Positions 1-14,287 of a stretch of DNA of 64,000 nt are shown here, one piece after another. Origin of the DNA: Daphnia carinata. Its lineage: Eukaryota. The position numbers were made by a program, and so were the translations under genes. Below the pieces are notes generated by a model, which saw nothing but the letters and a program-made list of their open reading frames with translations, ran no database searches and was not told the origin of the DNA. Each line of letters begins with the position of its first letter. Positions within the stretch are counted from its first letter, which is position 1. Location: the NCBI RefSeq assembly GCF_022539665.2, contig NC_081331.1:13888001-13952000 (forward strand), read 5' to 3'.

Positions 1-3000
1 GAGCAGCTGGAGCAACTGGAGCAGCAGCTTCTATTTCTGTGCCATTTTGCGATTCGGTGATGGCGCGGGCTGTTGTTGTCCGGCCAGCACCAGGTCTTCG
101 ACCACCAAAAAGCCCGGCAATTCCATTCGTTGAGTTAGTTGTCACTGGAATGTCGTTCGATGTTCCAGGCGTTGCCTGATCATCAGGTCTGGCAGTTGTC
201 GTTCGTCCAGTTCCTGGCCTTCTACCGCTAATGATGCTGGCCACTGCAGCTGATCCTATTCCATCGTTCGATTCAGTTAGGACTGGAGCTTCGGTTGTTG
301 TTGTAGTTCTAGCTGTAGGCCTTCGAGCTAAAAGACTGGCCAGTCCACCAATAGCGGGCGCTGCTTCAGTCGATGTCTGTTGTTGAGTTGTCGTCTCAAT
401 AGCCTGAATAGCTGGGACGCTCGTATCGATCCTACGGCCACCTCCTGGCCGTCTTCCGCTCAATAAACCTGTCAATCCCGTCGTGGAGATGGGCGCGGCC
501 GTGCTGCTGGGCCTCCTCCTACCCCCGAAAGAGTTCGATGAAATGCCAAACGATTCCACTGAGAAATTCTCTTCTTCCTCCACAACATCTTCATCGTCGA
601 AGATATCGATGTTGTCGTTGATCTCCTCGTCCAGCAATTGCTCAGCCGAATCGATGAACACATCGCGAGTGGTCGTTGTCGTTCGCGTGGTAGTCGTCCG
701 TCCAGATCCTGGCCGTCTAGCGCTAATTAAATTAGCCACTGCGGCTGATCCTGTTCCGGTATTCTCCGCTTGAATTGGAGCCTCGCTAACGACGGGACTG
801 GCCGTTGTCGTCCTCCTTCGACCGCCAAAGAGAGAAGCAATTCCACCGCCATTGTTGGCACGGACCGTCGTCGAACTCGATTCGCTAGTGACTTCTGCGA
901 TGGAAGCAGCGGTCGTCGTGGCAACGGTGGAAACAGTCGGCCTTCCTCTAATTCCCAGACGAGCTGTGACAGCAATGGCTGGAACTGCGGTTGTTGTCGT
1001 TGTTGTAATCAATTGAACAGCGTCAGTGGCGGCGGCGGTCGTGCTGGGAACAGCGGTTGTTCTTCTTCTACCGGCGAAAAGAGAAACTACACTTTTGGGG
1101 GTCTCCGTTGATTGGCTATCGGTGACGTTGCCTTCTTGGCCGCCCGCTGTGCTGATTGAAGTGCTTTCGGTCGGAACAGCCGCTTCGACGGTGGTCGTAG
1201 AAGGCTCAGCTGTGGTTGTTGTTGTGGTTGTTGTTGTTGTTGTCGGCCTCGAAACGGGCTCAGTCGTTGTCACGACGTTCACTTCTTGCGGGATTGGGGT
1301 AGTGACGGGTTCTTGTACCAGAACCGGGGCGACGGTCGTCGTGGTCAGGTCGACCTTCACCGTGGTCGGGCTTTCAGTTGTTGTTGATGGCCTTCTTCGG
1401 TTATTGGGGAGAGATACAACCACAGTTGGAGTTGAGATAGATACCTGATTTTCAACTGCAACGTCTTCTACAGATCGGGCCGTTGTTGATGTTGGTCTCC
1501 TGCGAATAGCTCCAGGACGTCGGCCGCCGAATGATTGACCTCCTTGAACGACTGCAACGGGAATTTCATTGATGGCCACGGATGCAGCAGTTGTTGATGT
1601 CACGCTAGCAACCGTAGGCCTACGCCCTCCGATTCTTCGATTACCTCCACGACGTGTAGAAGATGGTTCGACTGTTGCTGTTGTTGTAGATGTCGTTGAT
1701 GCCTCTGTCGTGCTAGTAACTGTGGTCGGAGACTCGGTTGTGGTCGTAGATGTAATCACGGTAGTCGGGGCGTCAGTTGATTTCACTTCAGACTCCGTGG
1801 CTACGATGATGTTCTCCACGCTGGTAGATTCGCTCGATTCGGTTGTTGTTGTTGTAAAAAACGAATCGAAAATCGATTGAGTCGTTGATCGAACAGCCTG
1901 GGGTCTAGCCCTCGGCGCTGCTGATGTTGTTGGGATGGACGTTCGAGCTTCGGTGGTTGATTCTAAAGTTGTCTCATCAATCTGAACAGTTGCAGTGGTT
2001 GTTGTTGTTGTTGGGTTCGTAACTCGGTTGAAAATGTTACGGTTGATGGGTCGAACTCGTTTGTTGACAATGGCTTCTGCGTCGATACCAAGGACTTCGT
2101 CGAGAGATGCATCCTCCTTCTTATCTTTCTCTGCTTCTGTTGTTGTAATAGTTGTTGAGCTTTCCGTTGTTGTCGGAGCTTCTGTTGTTGTTGGCCTTCG
2201 ACGGTTAAAAGAAAAAGACAGTGCGATCGATGGGGTCGATGAAACTTGGTTCTCCGTCGTAGTCTCTGCAATTGTTGTTGATTCAGCAACAACATTAGAA
2301 GTGGTCTGAACGTTTGGTTGTTCGCTGGATGTAGTTACGGCTTCCGTCGATGTGGTTGTCGTTGTCGCATCGGTGACCGTGTTGAAAATGTTGCGATTGA
2401 TCGGTCTCGTGCGTCTCGAAGAAGAGTTGGTGTTGGTGCCTGCGGCGTTGTTAGTCCCGAAGACACTACCGATCGTGCGAATAATTTGATCAGCTCGATT
2501 TCCAGTCACTGGCCTCACTCTGCTCCGGCTATTAATTGGAGCTGTTCTAACGACAGGAGGCGTCGTGGTCGTCGATGTTCCTCCGTTGATCGAAGCCGAA
2601 ACAGCCGCAGCAAAAGCCTCGGCTGTGACAGTTGGGGTCGTCTTCGATGAAGATGATGGCGGTGGGGTCCTCGTGATCGTGACGGTCGTCTTCTCCGGCG
2701 TGACGATGGTGAACGTAAACGGTTTGGAAAGGTCAACCGTAGAATCCGTAACAAGAACCGAAGCTGTGGACGATGATTCCGTAGATGTTGTCAATGTTTC
2801 TGTTGTTGTAACAGCTGGAGTTTCTTCTGTCTTCGTCTCAGACGTTGTAACTTGGACGACAGGATCTTCTGATGTTTGGGCTGTTGTTGTTGTTGTTGTT
2901 GTTGCTGCGGTGGTGCTTCTGACACGTCCCGAACCGAACAATCGGGATCCTGTTTCTTTCACGCGGCCTGTTCCGCCCTCTCTGCTCGATTCGAAACCAT

Positions 3001-6000
3001 TGACGATGGCAGCTTCGGATACCGTTTCAGGATCTTCATTATCATCTTCAGTGATTTCGTCCTCTTCGTTAGTTGTTGTTGGGATCGATGTGGTTGTAAC
3101 AGATCCCTCCGTGACGATCGAATCGACTGTTGTTAATGGAACAGAAGCCTTTTCGGTCGTCAAAGAGAACGTGATCGGTGAGAAAGAACTGCGTGCAAAG
3201 ATCGATGGATTCATCGGCGTGCTGCTGCGTGGCGGGAATCGAGTGGTGGATGTCACAGGTTCGAATGTAGTAGATGAAATTGTCGTGAACGGTGTGGTCT
3301 CAGTTGTTGTACTGGCCGCCACTTCTTCGACTGGAACATCCGTCACAACTTCAACAGTCGTCGGGGCAACTGTTGTTGTTGTTGTTCTGACTCGATCGAC
3401 TGGAACATTCTTCACAACTTCCACAGTTGTAGGAGCAATTGTTGTTGTTGTTGTTCTGACTCGATTGCGAGGGAATGTCGGGAACAAAGTCGATGGATTT
3501 TCCGTTGTTGTTGTTGTTGTTGTTGTTGTGGTGGTCGATGTTGATTCTTCTTGATCAAGGAACTTGGAAAACTCGTCGGAAATGTCCGGTTTGACTGTGA
3601 CGGTCGGTTTGACAGTGACGGTCGGTTTGATGCTCTCAACTTCGATGGCCTTTAATTCATTGACTCCCGTGTTCTTGGCACTGTCGGTGATTTTGCGCAA
3701 GAATTGCGGCTGGCGAATGTTGTCCGTCTCTTCCAGCAAGGCAGCAGCGGTGATGTTCAATTTAGCCTTGGGTTTCGTACGGATGATGGTGTTGATTTGA
3801 TCCTTGGGATTGCTAGGTTTTACCTGTGATCCGGGCGGGTTGAACAGATTGCCTTTGCGCTTCTTGGTGTTGTCCGTCCTCTTACCGAATTCCAGCTGGA
3901 ATTGGCTGAGTTCTTCAAACGAGATGCCAATGTCATTCTCCTCGTCCAACACCTTCTTAATCTCGGCTCCATCGACCAGAGCCAGTCCCCAGTTGGTCAC
4001 GAGGACGGGCGGGATGCTGATCAGCTGTTCATCTTCTCCCGATGAGAACACTCTCCTCTGCTGTCCGCGATTGGCCGAGGACGGTCGTCTGCTCGAGACC
4101 TCTTCGACGCTGCCTTTAAGGGCCTCGGCAATCAGCAGCTCCTCTTCGTCGTAATCATCGTCGAGTGTCAAGGCTCGTGCGCCTACAGTCAGCGCCAACA
4201 AGGTACACACAACCACCTGAGAAAAAGAGTTTGCTGATGAAATGTGTATTCTGCGTCTGACACGATGTTCCACGTGGGTCCCACCGCAAAAACCGCCATC
4301 AAAATCTCATTATTGTCAGCGTTCCCACGAAACTCTCGTCTAACGTATAAAGCAATTATCAATAAATGTCGCTAGTATATATTTTTTTTTTGTACGTCTG
4401 CGCGAGACAAGAAAAAGTAGGGAGATAAAAGTGAAAGCTGCTGCAACGAAAATGGCCATCGCGTTTGCCACCTGCTGAAATCTTTTCGTTCAGAATTTTC
4501 ATTCAATTCGTGGAACAAAAGTTTCGTGATTTCTAATTTTTTTTTTATAGGGGGGGGGGAGACGTATAACATTTTCGCGGATGCGATAACAGTTGCCGAG
4601 TTGATCTGCGATAAAAGAAAGAAGGACAGGCGACTTTTTTTAATCGATGTCACACTGTTGTGACATATGATTGATTGAGGACCTCTTTGGTGATGGAACG
4701 GACCTATGAAAATCCGAAAAAGGTAATAGAGCGTTGTGTTTTTTTTGTTTTTTTTATTGTGGTACCTTTCACTTTTTTTTTGTTTTGGCTGGGAAATGAG
4801 GAATTTTTCCTTGTTCTTGCACCCAATGGAATTTTTAGTTCGAATGGAAACATCGAACGCATTGCGGCTGAATGAGAGGCAAAAGACGAACTATATCGCA
4901 ATCAACCAGCTAACGCAAACCTTCAAAAATATTGCAAAGTCCTTGGCCTAGTCGAAAACGCATTTCTCTTTCACCCATCTTTCGTGAAATTTATGCGTTC
5001 ATTCTTATGGACATCTTCTCTTTTTTGGCTGATGATGCGCCTCGAGGTACCCTTTTATACAGTTTTGGCGTGAATCATTAAAAAAAAAGAGACAACACGA
5101 AAAATGAAAAGTGAAGGTGATGATGAATTAAGTGCTGGGCCATTTGCCGCAAGGCAAAGAAGATTCTTTTCTCCGCTTTTTTTTTTATTGCCTTACACAA
5201 TTGCTGTCAATTTTTTTTTCTTTTTAGAAAGAAAAAAAAAAAAAGCAAAAATGTCTTTCACAGAGTGTGTGAAAAACCCCAACTGCCGCCTTATCCGCGC
5301 ATTTGCTAAACACATCCTCCGCACAAACCGGTTCTCCTGGCTCATACTGGGCGTGTGAGAAGTTTAAAAAAAAAAAAAAAAACTCTCTTTCTTTTTTTTT
5401 TTTCTCTCAAAAGTTGTTACGTCTAAACCGTGTCTTATGTGCTGCGCGAGTTCTTTTTGCGTGATGGGAGCGCGTCTCTTTTTTAGCGCTATTCGTCCTC
5501 AAACTTTCTAAACAGTTGATGGTCGGTAAGGAAAAAGGGGGAGGGCATCCCATCAAAAGTGCACAAGCCACACGTTTGGCACGTTGCCGAAAGGAAAGAA
5601 AAAAAAATAAAATAAAAATACCATCTCTTAAACAGACGGGTAGACCCGGCGCTAAATTCGCTTCGGGCTTTGTGTCTCTGCGTCTATCGGGAGCCCCCCC
5701 CCCCTCTCTTCCTTTTGGCAAGATTGCTCTGCGTGTCACTTTCGTTGGCCAACATGTTTCTTCTTCTTCTTTTTTGGGGGGGGGTTTTCTTTCCTCGTTG
5801 ATAGTTTCGCCTTTTTTTTGTTTAACTTCGTGAGTTGCTCCGTCGGCACAGATGATGACACCAACGGCCACCAAAGAAAAACAGAGAGAGAGAGAGAGAG
5901 TCACGCCTGGCCTACTCACCTCTCCCTTTTAGCTGCTGGCGTTGCGCAGCCCGAAATCTTCCCCCCTCCAAACTGCGGGATGGCTTACATTTTTTTTTTT

Positions 6001-6393
6001 TTTTTGTTTTTTTTATATTTCAACCTTTAACCAAAACCCTCCCTTTTTTCGTGATTTGCCGTTATCTTTTTTCTAGCCACCCTCTTCTAATACTACCATC
6101 ATCAACGAGGTGAGACGTGGTCCCTTTTTTTCTATTGGAAATTCGATTTTTAAAAGAAATGAAAACAAAAAACACGGCAGTCGAAGAGGGATGAGCACTT
6201 TCTCTGTTTTCTTTAAATGATTCACGACGACTGGAAATGTTAGGTGATGTAATCGTTAAAATGGGGACCCGTTAAAAAATCCTTTAGTTTTAAACCAGCC
6301 GGGCATTCTGTCCCGCAAAACATGGCGACGTTAAATAAAAACAATTAAGATAAACAAAATGGAACTTACTGTTAAACGCCAAGACGACTTCAT
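1..6393 (-). CDS. Large secreted Thr/Ser/Pro/Arg-rich mucin-like protein (probably cuticle-associated); 3' end truncated by window edge; exons 6393-6370 and 4216-<1 (>1400 aa)
   Basis: Exon 1 reads MKSSWRLT then gtaagt. The acceptor tttttctcag at 4218-4217 is followed by VVVCTLLALTVGARA, completing a signal peptide. The frame was checked at both ends and at internal points and reads as Thr-run-rich protein, ending AAAPVAPAA at position 2. It is absent from the ORF track, as expected for an ORF with no stop inside the window. An in-frame upstream ATG exists at 6414. Confidence 0.85.
3327..3464 (-). repeat. 69-nt tandem duplication inside the mucin-like CDS (RVRTTTTT[IV]APTTVEVVxxVPV x2)
   Basis: Units 3327-3395 and 3396-3464 align without gaps. 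Confidence 0.85.
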
Positions 6394-6678
6394 TGTCTTG
6401 CGATTGGCGAACATGAATCAGCACGAAAATTCAACCCCCTCCCTGAAGAAAGAAACACTTGGGGGAATTTCGAAGTTCCAACCAAAAGGTCCAGCCAATT
6501 CTAAACTGTGTGTCAAAACAAAAACTGTCTGAAGAGAATGAAAACGACTACGTGAGTTAAGAGAAGACAGAGAGAGAGAGAGAGAGTTTGTTGTGATAAC
6601 GGGAGGGGGGATGGAACGATGCAACACACTCGACAGACTGCGATGGAGTGAACGCACGTCTTTGATGACCAACTGAGC

Positions 6679-6684
6679 TTTATA
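6679..6684 (-). promoter_or_regulatory. TATA box of the mucin-like gene
   Basis: cgTATAAAgct on the minus strand, with an Inr-like TCACTC about 30 nt downstream, about 290 nt upstream of the ATG. Confidence 0.6.
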
Positions 6685-6840
6685 CGCAACCGGCGGGATG
6701 GCGGCGGCTCAACACTCAGCTGTGCTACGAAACCCCCCCCCCTCCCTTAAAAAAAATATAGATATTTTTCCCTTGTAGTTGGTTGTGTGGCAACGTCACA
6801 AGACTTATGTCCTTTTGCATTTCCCCGTGTAAAAAGGAAA

Positions 6841-6875
<35 letters not shown>

Positions 6876-9800
6876 GTCTATCGTGTGGGCGGCCCTTTTC
6901 TCCGTCGCTGGATAAGTCACTCCCATTGGCATGTAGAGTCGCTATATCTCTACGTTTCTTTGTTGTTCGTAACATTTGCAAGCGAATGAGGGTGGCAATC
7001 ATCGGTTAAGACTATATCAGCCTATTACGTTTTCTTTTGTTTTTTTGTTTTTTTTATAAGGGGATAAAGGGTTGTTTCTATCCATTTCCAATCGATCGCT
7101 TATTAGAATCTTAAGTTTATTAATAAGCGACGACTTGCCATCGTTGTGTTCTTTTAAGATCCTGGATATAGCTCAGCAAAGAATTGGATGAAAATCCGGA
7201 AGTGGATCTGTTTTGCCTGTCATCCGCCCTATTTCTTTTGAGGTCTCTTTTCTTTATGAGGAAGCGGACAGAACAAGCTCTACACGAACCAGGAAAAGAG
7301 GTTGTTTGTCTTGATGACACAGCTCGAAAGAACAATAACCAATGGTAAAACAAGTTCCTTTTTTTTTTTTTTATTTATTGCTACGATCACCGGAAATCAA
7401 TTCCACCATCAATCCATGTCTTATATACTTCCAAATAAATATTCTAGTTATTCAACCTAGACTCGTACCTCTACTTTTATTTTTTCGATTTCACTCCCGC
7501 AGGTTCGTTTAATCTTTACATTATCACGAATAAAAAAAAAAAAAGATAGTTTTCTCTTTGAGAATAGGAGTGCGGAAAAATAAAAAAAAACACGTCCGGA
7601 CTCGATTTGGATGACACATTCTTCTCCGCTGAGCAAACATAATCTAAATAGTCCAATGTTCAGACAGACGCGTATGCAGATTTTTATTGCCACTCACGGG
7701 CGACAAAAATTTCTACATATCAATAGCTTCTGGAGGTGCGCACGCAACTCGAAAAACCAGAAGACCTGAAAGCAAAAAAAAAAAAAAAGCTTTTAAAACA
7801 AATTATGGATTTTTTTTTTTTTTTTTTTTCTGAAATAGTTGATTACTTAGTCAGGACGTACTGTCGGGCGTGAGCTGTCACGCGCGGAAAACGAGCGCAG
7901 CACGAAAGCTTCTCTACATATGTTTGTGATGATTTTTGGCGTTACACCATATTTCACAAATCCCCCATCCCCTCCAAATAAGGCGCACAAGTTGGCCATT
8001 TTGTCATCTTGACCTTCTTTTTCTTTTTCCCCCCGATTTTCTCGTGTCATTTTCGTTGAACGCGGAACATTTCTCTCGGGTCCCTGTTTCCCCCTTGTTC
8101 TTTCCCCTCCCGCCCATTTCTTTCTCGGAGAAATCGAAACTCAGGTATAATGTACAAAAAAAAAAAACCGTTAACAATAAGACGGCCATCAACGACGACT
8201 AAAGCGGACGGGAAAAAACAAAAACAAAATCCAAACGCTAGGCTTTTGTCTCTTGTTTCTCTCTTTGGCTGATTAGAATGCAAATTCGATAACGGGCGAA
8301 AGTATGCGGAGACGCACACACCAGAGATACAGATGCGCTAACACACAGCCAACCTTCCCCCTCCTCGTTTGTTCGTTTCGTTTTGTTTTCGGGGAGTGGA
8401 GTAAGTTTGCAGCGCTTTCCACTAGTTCGTTAAGTGTTGCATTCTTTCTCACTTGAACATCGTCATGCACTTTGTCCGTGTGTTGGATGTCACCTGACAC
8501 CCTCGTTGCAATGGCCGCTGCGTTTGGTTTTTTAAAATTCATTTGATTTATGCATAATGAGTTGCGTATGCAGATTTTTTTTTTTTTTTTTTTGCGGAAC
8601 GCTATGTTGGGGCGTGTGTGTGTGTGTGTGTCAGTGTGGGGTATCGCGGGTTAATGGAATTCCCGATTCGAAATGACGTGTCAACTGCAGAAAACTTGTT
8701 GCGGCTCACGACATGAAGAAACGATGCTGGAGGCGACCATTGTCATCATTGATTATTGACGCCCTCGTCTTCATTCAGCTTCACTTTTTCTTTCTTTTCT
8801 CTCTCTTTTCTTGCCCGCCCACTCAATCGTCTTGGTAATTGAATTTTTTTTTAAAGAAACCTTCAAACGGATGATTTCGCGCGCGCGAGTTGAAATTTTT
8901 TGAAACCGCCGAAGGTCGGCAGCATTTTTTCTATGGAATTTAAAAGAAAATAAAAGTAGAGAAAGAGAAAGATTTTCTTTTTTTTTTTTGGCTTGGGATG
9001 ACCTCATTATGAAATATTCATCATCAGCACACCCACGCCGCCTGGGATTTTTGAGCGCGTTGCGCAGCGCCAAGTTCAAAATTGCGCTACATTACCGCAA
9101 CCCCCGATCCGATTTACAAATCAACGTTTGTTTTGCAAAAATAAAAAATAAACCCTGTAGCAATGTCGTCAAATTTATCCTTGAATTCCAACGTGATGTA
9201 ATCGCTGGAGAATCCCGTTACCACAGCACGAGAATCTCCGAACTCTTGAATTGTTGATTGTAATTCGTTGTAAAAATCGATATAGGGGGGGAGGGGGGGG
9301 GGGGGGAGAGATACATTGCATATTTTAAAACCGCAATCTAACGCGCATCTAGCCAACATTTTATGCCGGTGACACATGGCAACGTGTATCAGATAACGAA
9401 AAGAAGAGGCCAAAGCTTAAAAAGATATCTCACCTGGCGGTGGGTGGGATGCACTTACAGAGTGGAAGGCAATGACGCGGGAGCATCACACAAAATTAGC
9501 CGAGAATGCGATTTCACGTTGATGCGCTATCCGACTTCTGTTTTCTCCTTTTCTTTCGCCAAACAGGAATTAAAGTGGAAAAAAAAAAACAAGAATCTTT
9601 TGTTCCTTTTTTTTTTTTTCAACGTCTGACGCGTCCGCCTGAGATTCTTTTCTCTGGCCCGTCGATAAATCTTAGACAGTTTCACACAACGGAGGGAAAA
9701 CGCACAAGAAAATGTTGGAAGGAGGAAATGTGTCCAGCCCGAGTTAAAAAAAAAAAAAAAAGCGAAGACAAGGGAGGGGGAGAAGAAGATGAATGACGTC

Positions 9801-12800
9801 CATGCAAAAAAAAAACAAAAACGATGGAAAGCGAATAAATGTTGGCTTTTTGCTCATCCAATTATCGATTTTTCTTTCAACATTTCTCAACGTGTAATTT
9901 TTGCTCGTCGCTCAGCGGATGGGAAGCGTCCCTCACCGGCCTTTCTCCACCCTTCGTCGTCTTTGATTTGTTTCGTAAAGAAACATAATAACAGCGCAAC
10001 AGCGAAGCAAAACAACAAGCCATTTGGGAAAGAATCGAACGCAAGATTTGTTATACTGTTGTTGACCGTGTTATTATGGTATATTTGCGGATGAAGAAGC
10101 CGCGCTTGGATGGTTTGATTCTCACAAACGAACGAGAGAGAGAGAGAGGAGAGTATAGGAGAAAAGGGATGAAAGGTGAGAACCGCCACGGCCAACCGAC
10201 CGCTCGACCGCGGTCGAGCGTCAGAAAGAAAACGCTGGCCCATTCCAAAAAAGAACGAAACAACGTCTTATTACGAAATGAAAAAAAAAAATAATAATAA
10301 TAATTGACTCACGCTCTTTTTTTTTTTTTATGTATTTATTCTAAAGGGATAAGAAAAAGCAGCTCACGGTGTGCGGTCTAATAATAATAACATTCTTTTG
10401 TAGTGGTTGTGTTTCTTGATCGGTCGGCTTATTCGTCTGCTTCGCTAACGATGTGGCCGTGTTACACGGTAACAGGCCGACACGGACGGGACCTGACGGG
10501 CAGTAGCGCACGAGCGGACGCATTGATTGAGCGAATTTTTAAAGCCGGCTCTTCAAAGAAAAATATTTAATTGCGCTAAAATGGAGGGGGGATGACTCTC
10601 TTGCGCTTCATTGTCCTTCACTTTCTAGTAGAGTGTCCATTCATTTTGTTGCAATAAATTTGCTAGAGGTGAAAAGTGCGACAGCCTCGAGATGGTAGCG
10701 GCACGAAATATCAACTAATAGTCAAAATAATAATAGCTCTTCTTCTTCTTCTTTTTTTTTTTTTTTCGGCCGTTTTCGGAGACCAACGTTGCCAAATAAG
10801 AACGGGGCAGTGCATCACGTGAAGAAGAGACGGACATAAATAAAAGGGCCACTGCCATTTCAGACGTATTGTCTGTACGACATAAACGTAAATAAATAAA
10901 TAAATTTAAAAGAAAAGGAAGAAAACGGGCTTTCACTTTCACTTTTTCGTTTGCTGGCGTTTTGCCTTGTGCCCAAACTGTTTTTTTGTTTTGTTTTTTT
11001 TTGCATTAAGAGACCGGAGAGAAAGATAAAAACAACGTTTGCCAAGGAAAGCCGTTAGCGGATTTCATACAGTCATAAGCGCATCCTTGGTTTTATTCTT
11101 CTTAATTCAGCTATTATTTTCTCGAATGCATTCTGACCTATCGCATCCGCTGGCTGTTGTTCTCGTCCGACCTTATCTCGTATAAGCATATCATTGGCAT
11201 GCACAATAGGCGTTCGATAGGCTACCGAACGGCTCGGTTCAGCGACTCTGCACGTCCTTCGCTATAGCAATGCGACGGCCTCATAATTTACGACCAAACA
11301 CAGACACATGTTGCTGCCTTGAGGATCGAGACACACATTTTCACTCGTTCAATACTTGTTCCTTTTCTTTTTTTTTTTTCGTCCATTTTCACAGTCCAGT
11401 TCATTTTTTACGTGTGCCGATTTTCTCATACGTAAGTGAAGAGCATCCAGCCGCATACCTTGCGCCTATTACACACACACAATAAATAATGGCCTAGTTG
11501 TTCGTTTAACAAGAAAAAGCACATTGCCTATGTAGGTTTAGACCAACACGAAGAAGAAGATCGAATATGATCAAGCAAAAAAAAAGGAGAGAGTCAAAAG
11601 GGAAAACGAAAAGATTTGTTTTTTTTTTCACGGGGCGGGGACACAGAGAGATTTTGTTTTCTTCTCTCCTTTGGCTTTCGGCTTTTGTTTGATGTATTGC
11701 CTGGATTTTTTAAAAGCGCGAAAAAAGAGTACAGTAAAGCTTTTATTTGTAGACGATGTGTCATTAGTAAAACAGGAGCTGGGCCGCAATCCGTGTCGGG
11801 AAACAGCGCAAGTTTAGTGCTGCCCACGGAGAGCAATAATAATGAAGAATTCGAACGACGTACGTGCAATTTCGAATGAGTTGCCATGACGAATAAACAA
11901 ATCGCTACAGTTCTACTTGTTCTCTTTTTTATTTCCATCTTTTTTTCTTCAGATCAAATCTACAAGAGCAGAGATTTTTTTTTTTTGTTTTGTTTTTTGT
12001 TTGCATGCTATAGACAGTTGACATATCCACACACTTTCATCTTTCTTATGCCAAAGAGAAACCATGTAACAAGAACTGAAATGTGCACAATAAGATTCTA
12101 CATACCAATTGGTCCGTGGCGTGAAAAGGAATTTCGAGAATACACCTTTAGTTTCTATAGGGCGATGCCGGGAGCATTCAGCCCTCCTTTTTCTTAAAAA
12201 AAAAAAAAAAAATCAGAACTGTCTAACGGTTGCATCGAAAGCCTGCGACACGCGTAAAGAAAAAAAAAAGAAGAAAAGAGAGATGAGGCGCACTGTTATT
12301 CTAATCATCGTGGAACAGTTTCATTGTCGCGCAGCGAATCCCACGCTTCTTTTCGCAAGCCAACAAGCAGCTATATACAAAAGCCTTTTTTTTTTTTTTT
12401 TTTTTCAGATACACATCCACTCTCCCTTTCTCTCTTATGCGATGCCTTGAGGGAGCAGAGCCATTGAATCTTCTGTTCTGCTTAATACCGCAAGAAAAAG
12501 CCGATTCTTTTTTTTTTTTTTTTTAGGTTGTCCCTGGCACGAACATCTCCACTCGACGCCCTATACGGCGCTAATCATTTCAAAAAAAAAAAAAAAAAGC
12601 CACAACTGTATAATACGTGTATATACATAATCTAACGGGACTGGTTTCTGTTGTCCCATTTTTCCCCCCCCCCCCCCACCTCCTTGATGATGATGCCTCG
12701 CCAATTATAGTTCATTAAGTCATCTCTCTTTTCTATTAGGTTCTTCGATGAAAGAATGCGCAATGGCAAGATTTCGTTTGTTTCATATTCAAATGACGGC

Positions 12801-14255
12801 TGGAGAAATGTCGCATGTTACACGCCATCGAAAGTTCGTGTGTGGGGTTCGTTGATTTTCTTTGACGTTTCACGACGATCCTTGGACTCCGTGTCCTGAC
12901 AGTAGTCATTCGTGTACACATTGTTCTTCCTTATGGAATGCCATCAAAGTCTGCGGTGAAAGTGACAAGGTCCTGAACTGTTTCGCATTGTTTCCTTATT
13001 TTCCATTTGATTGTGTTCTCTTTATTTTATTTTTTTTTTCAAGTCTATCAAAGCAAATGATTAGATACCACATCTTGGTCATGGACACATGTCAAGTGCC
13101 ACAACAAAACAACCGCAAAGTTCCACTTGCTACTGTCCTAGAAATTCCTTCAGCTCACCTGCAAAAAGAAGGAGCCGTAAGAGGGAAACGAAAAACGTAC
13201 ATACATACAAGATGATTGAAAATCAATTTCGTTCGTTTTTGTCTTGTAAAGTGTTGTTGTTGAAAGCCGGTGGAATTAATACGCAGCTCTTCGACTCGGA
13301 ATGGGAAGGAAAAAAGAAAAGAAAATGAGACAGCGATGAGATACGACCGAGGATAGGTTTACGTATTATGCTTGAAAAAAAAAATATATTATTCATGTTG
13401 TTGCTATTGTTGTTGCAGAACCCCGCACATGCCGGGGCTTTTTGGTGGTAAGTATACCACATAGGCTTATGCTAAAAAGAAAGTGAAAGGCCCTCTGCCA
13501 AATTTGATGATGGCGTCTCTCACTCCATGTGTGTGTGTGTGTGTGGCTGTCCATAATTCGTTAGATTTTCAAAGATCTTTGGCTTGTTTCCTCTCTGGAC
13601 CGGTCGTGAGCCGCAAGCCCAGCAAAACAAATAAACAGGAAAAAAAAAAGAAAAAAAAGAAGTGAGAGGATTCCTCTTCTTCTTTCTTGAAAGAAAAAAT
13701 TGTTTTTTTTCTCTCTATTCATTTTATTATTTGTACGCGTTCGTTTTGCGCAACGGCAGGGACCTGAAAAAGAAAAAAAAGAAATATTTTCAAAACACTT
13801 TCCAATTCCCAGCGCCATCATCCAGCTGTGTCTCTGCGTGTATACCCTCCTCTCTACTCTTTGAGGATGAGCACAGCCATAAAAAAAAAAAAAAAAAAGC
13901 TAAAAGAATGGAAAGAGACAAGCGCAAAACAACAATGTGAAAATCACGGTCATTTCCAAACGGCGTATATGAAAACGAAGCCAAAACAAAGCCGACCTTT
14001 TCTCCCGTTTATACACGCAATGCCTTTCGATTTCAAGCCTCGCGCAAAGAGAGAGAAATGAGGTCTAATAAGTTTCTTATTGTCGAAAGGGGAAGCGATC
14101 GGCAGTCCTTGTATTCGTTCTATTACCAATGTCGGGTCTCCCTTGCTGTGTGTGTGTGCATCTTTCACGTAGAGAGACCTCGCTTGCGGTTACGTGAGTA
14201 GTCTTTTACTCTACATACTCAGACACCTGCTGAGACAACCATGAAAACAAAAAAT

Positions 14256-14287
<32 letters not shown>

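Noticed and set aside
483..4154. Val-rich plus-strand ORFs up to 329 aa
   Set aside because: Antisense shadows of the Thr (ACA) codon runs in the minus-strand mucin-like exon.
5326..5333. Grainyhead-like AACCGGTT site (similar sites at 20160 and 60217)
   Set aside because: Biologically plausible for cuticle genes, but too few and without positional consistency to exceed chance.
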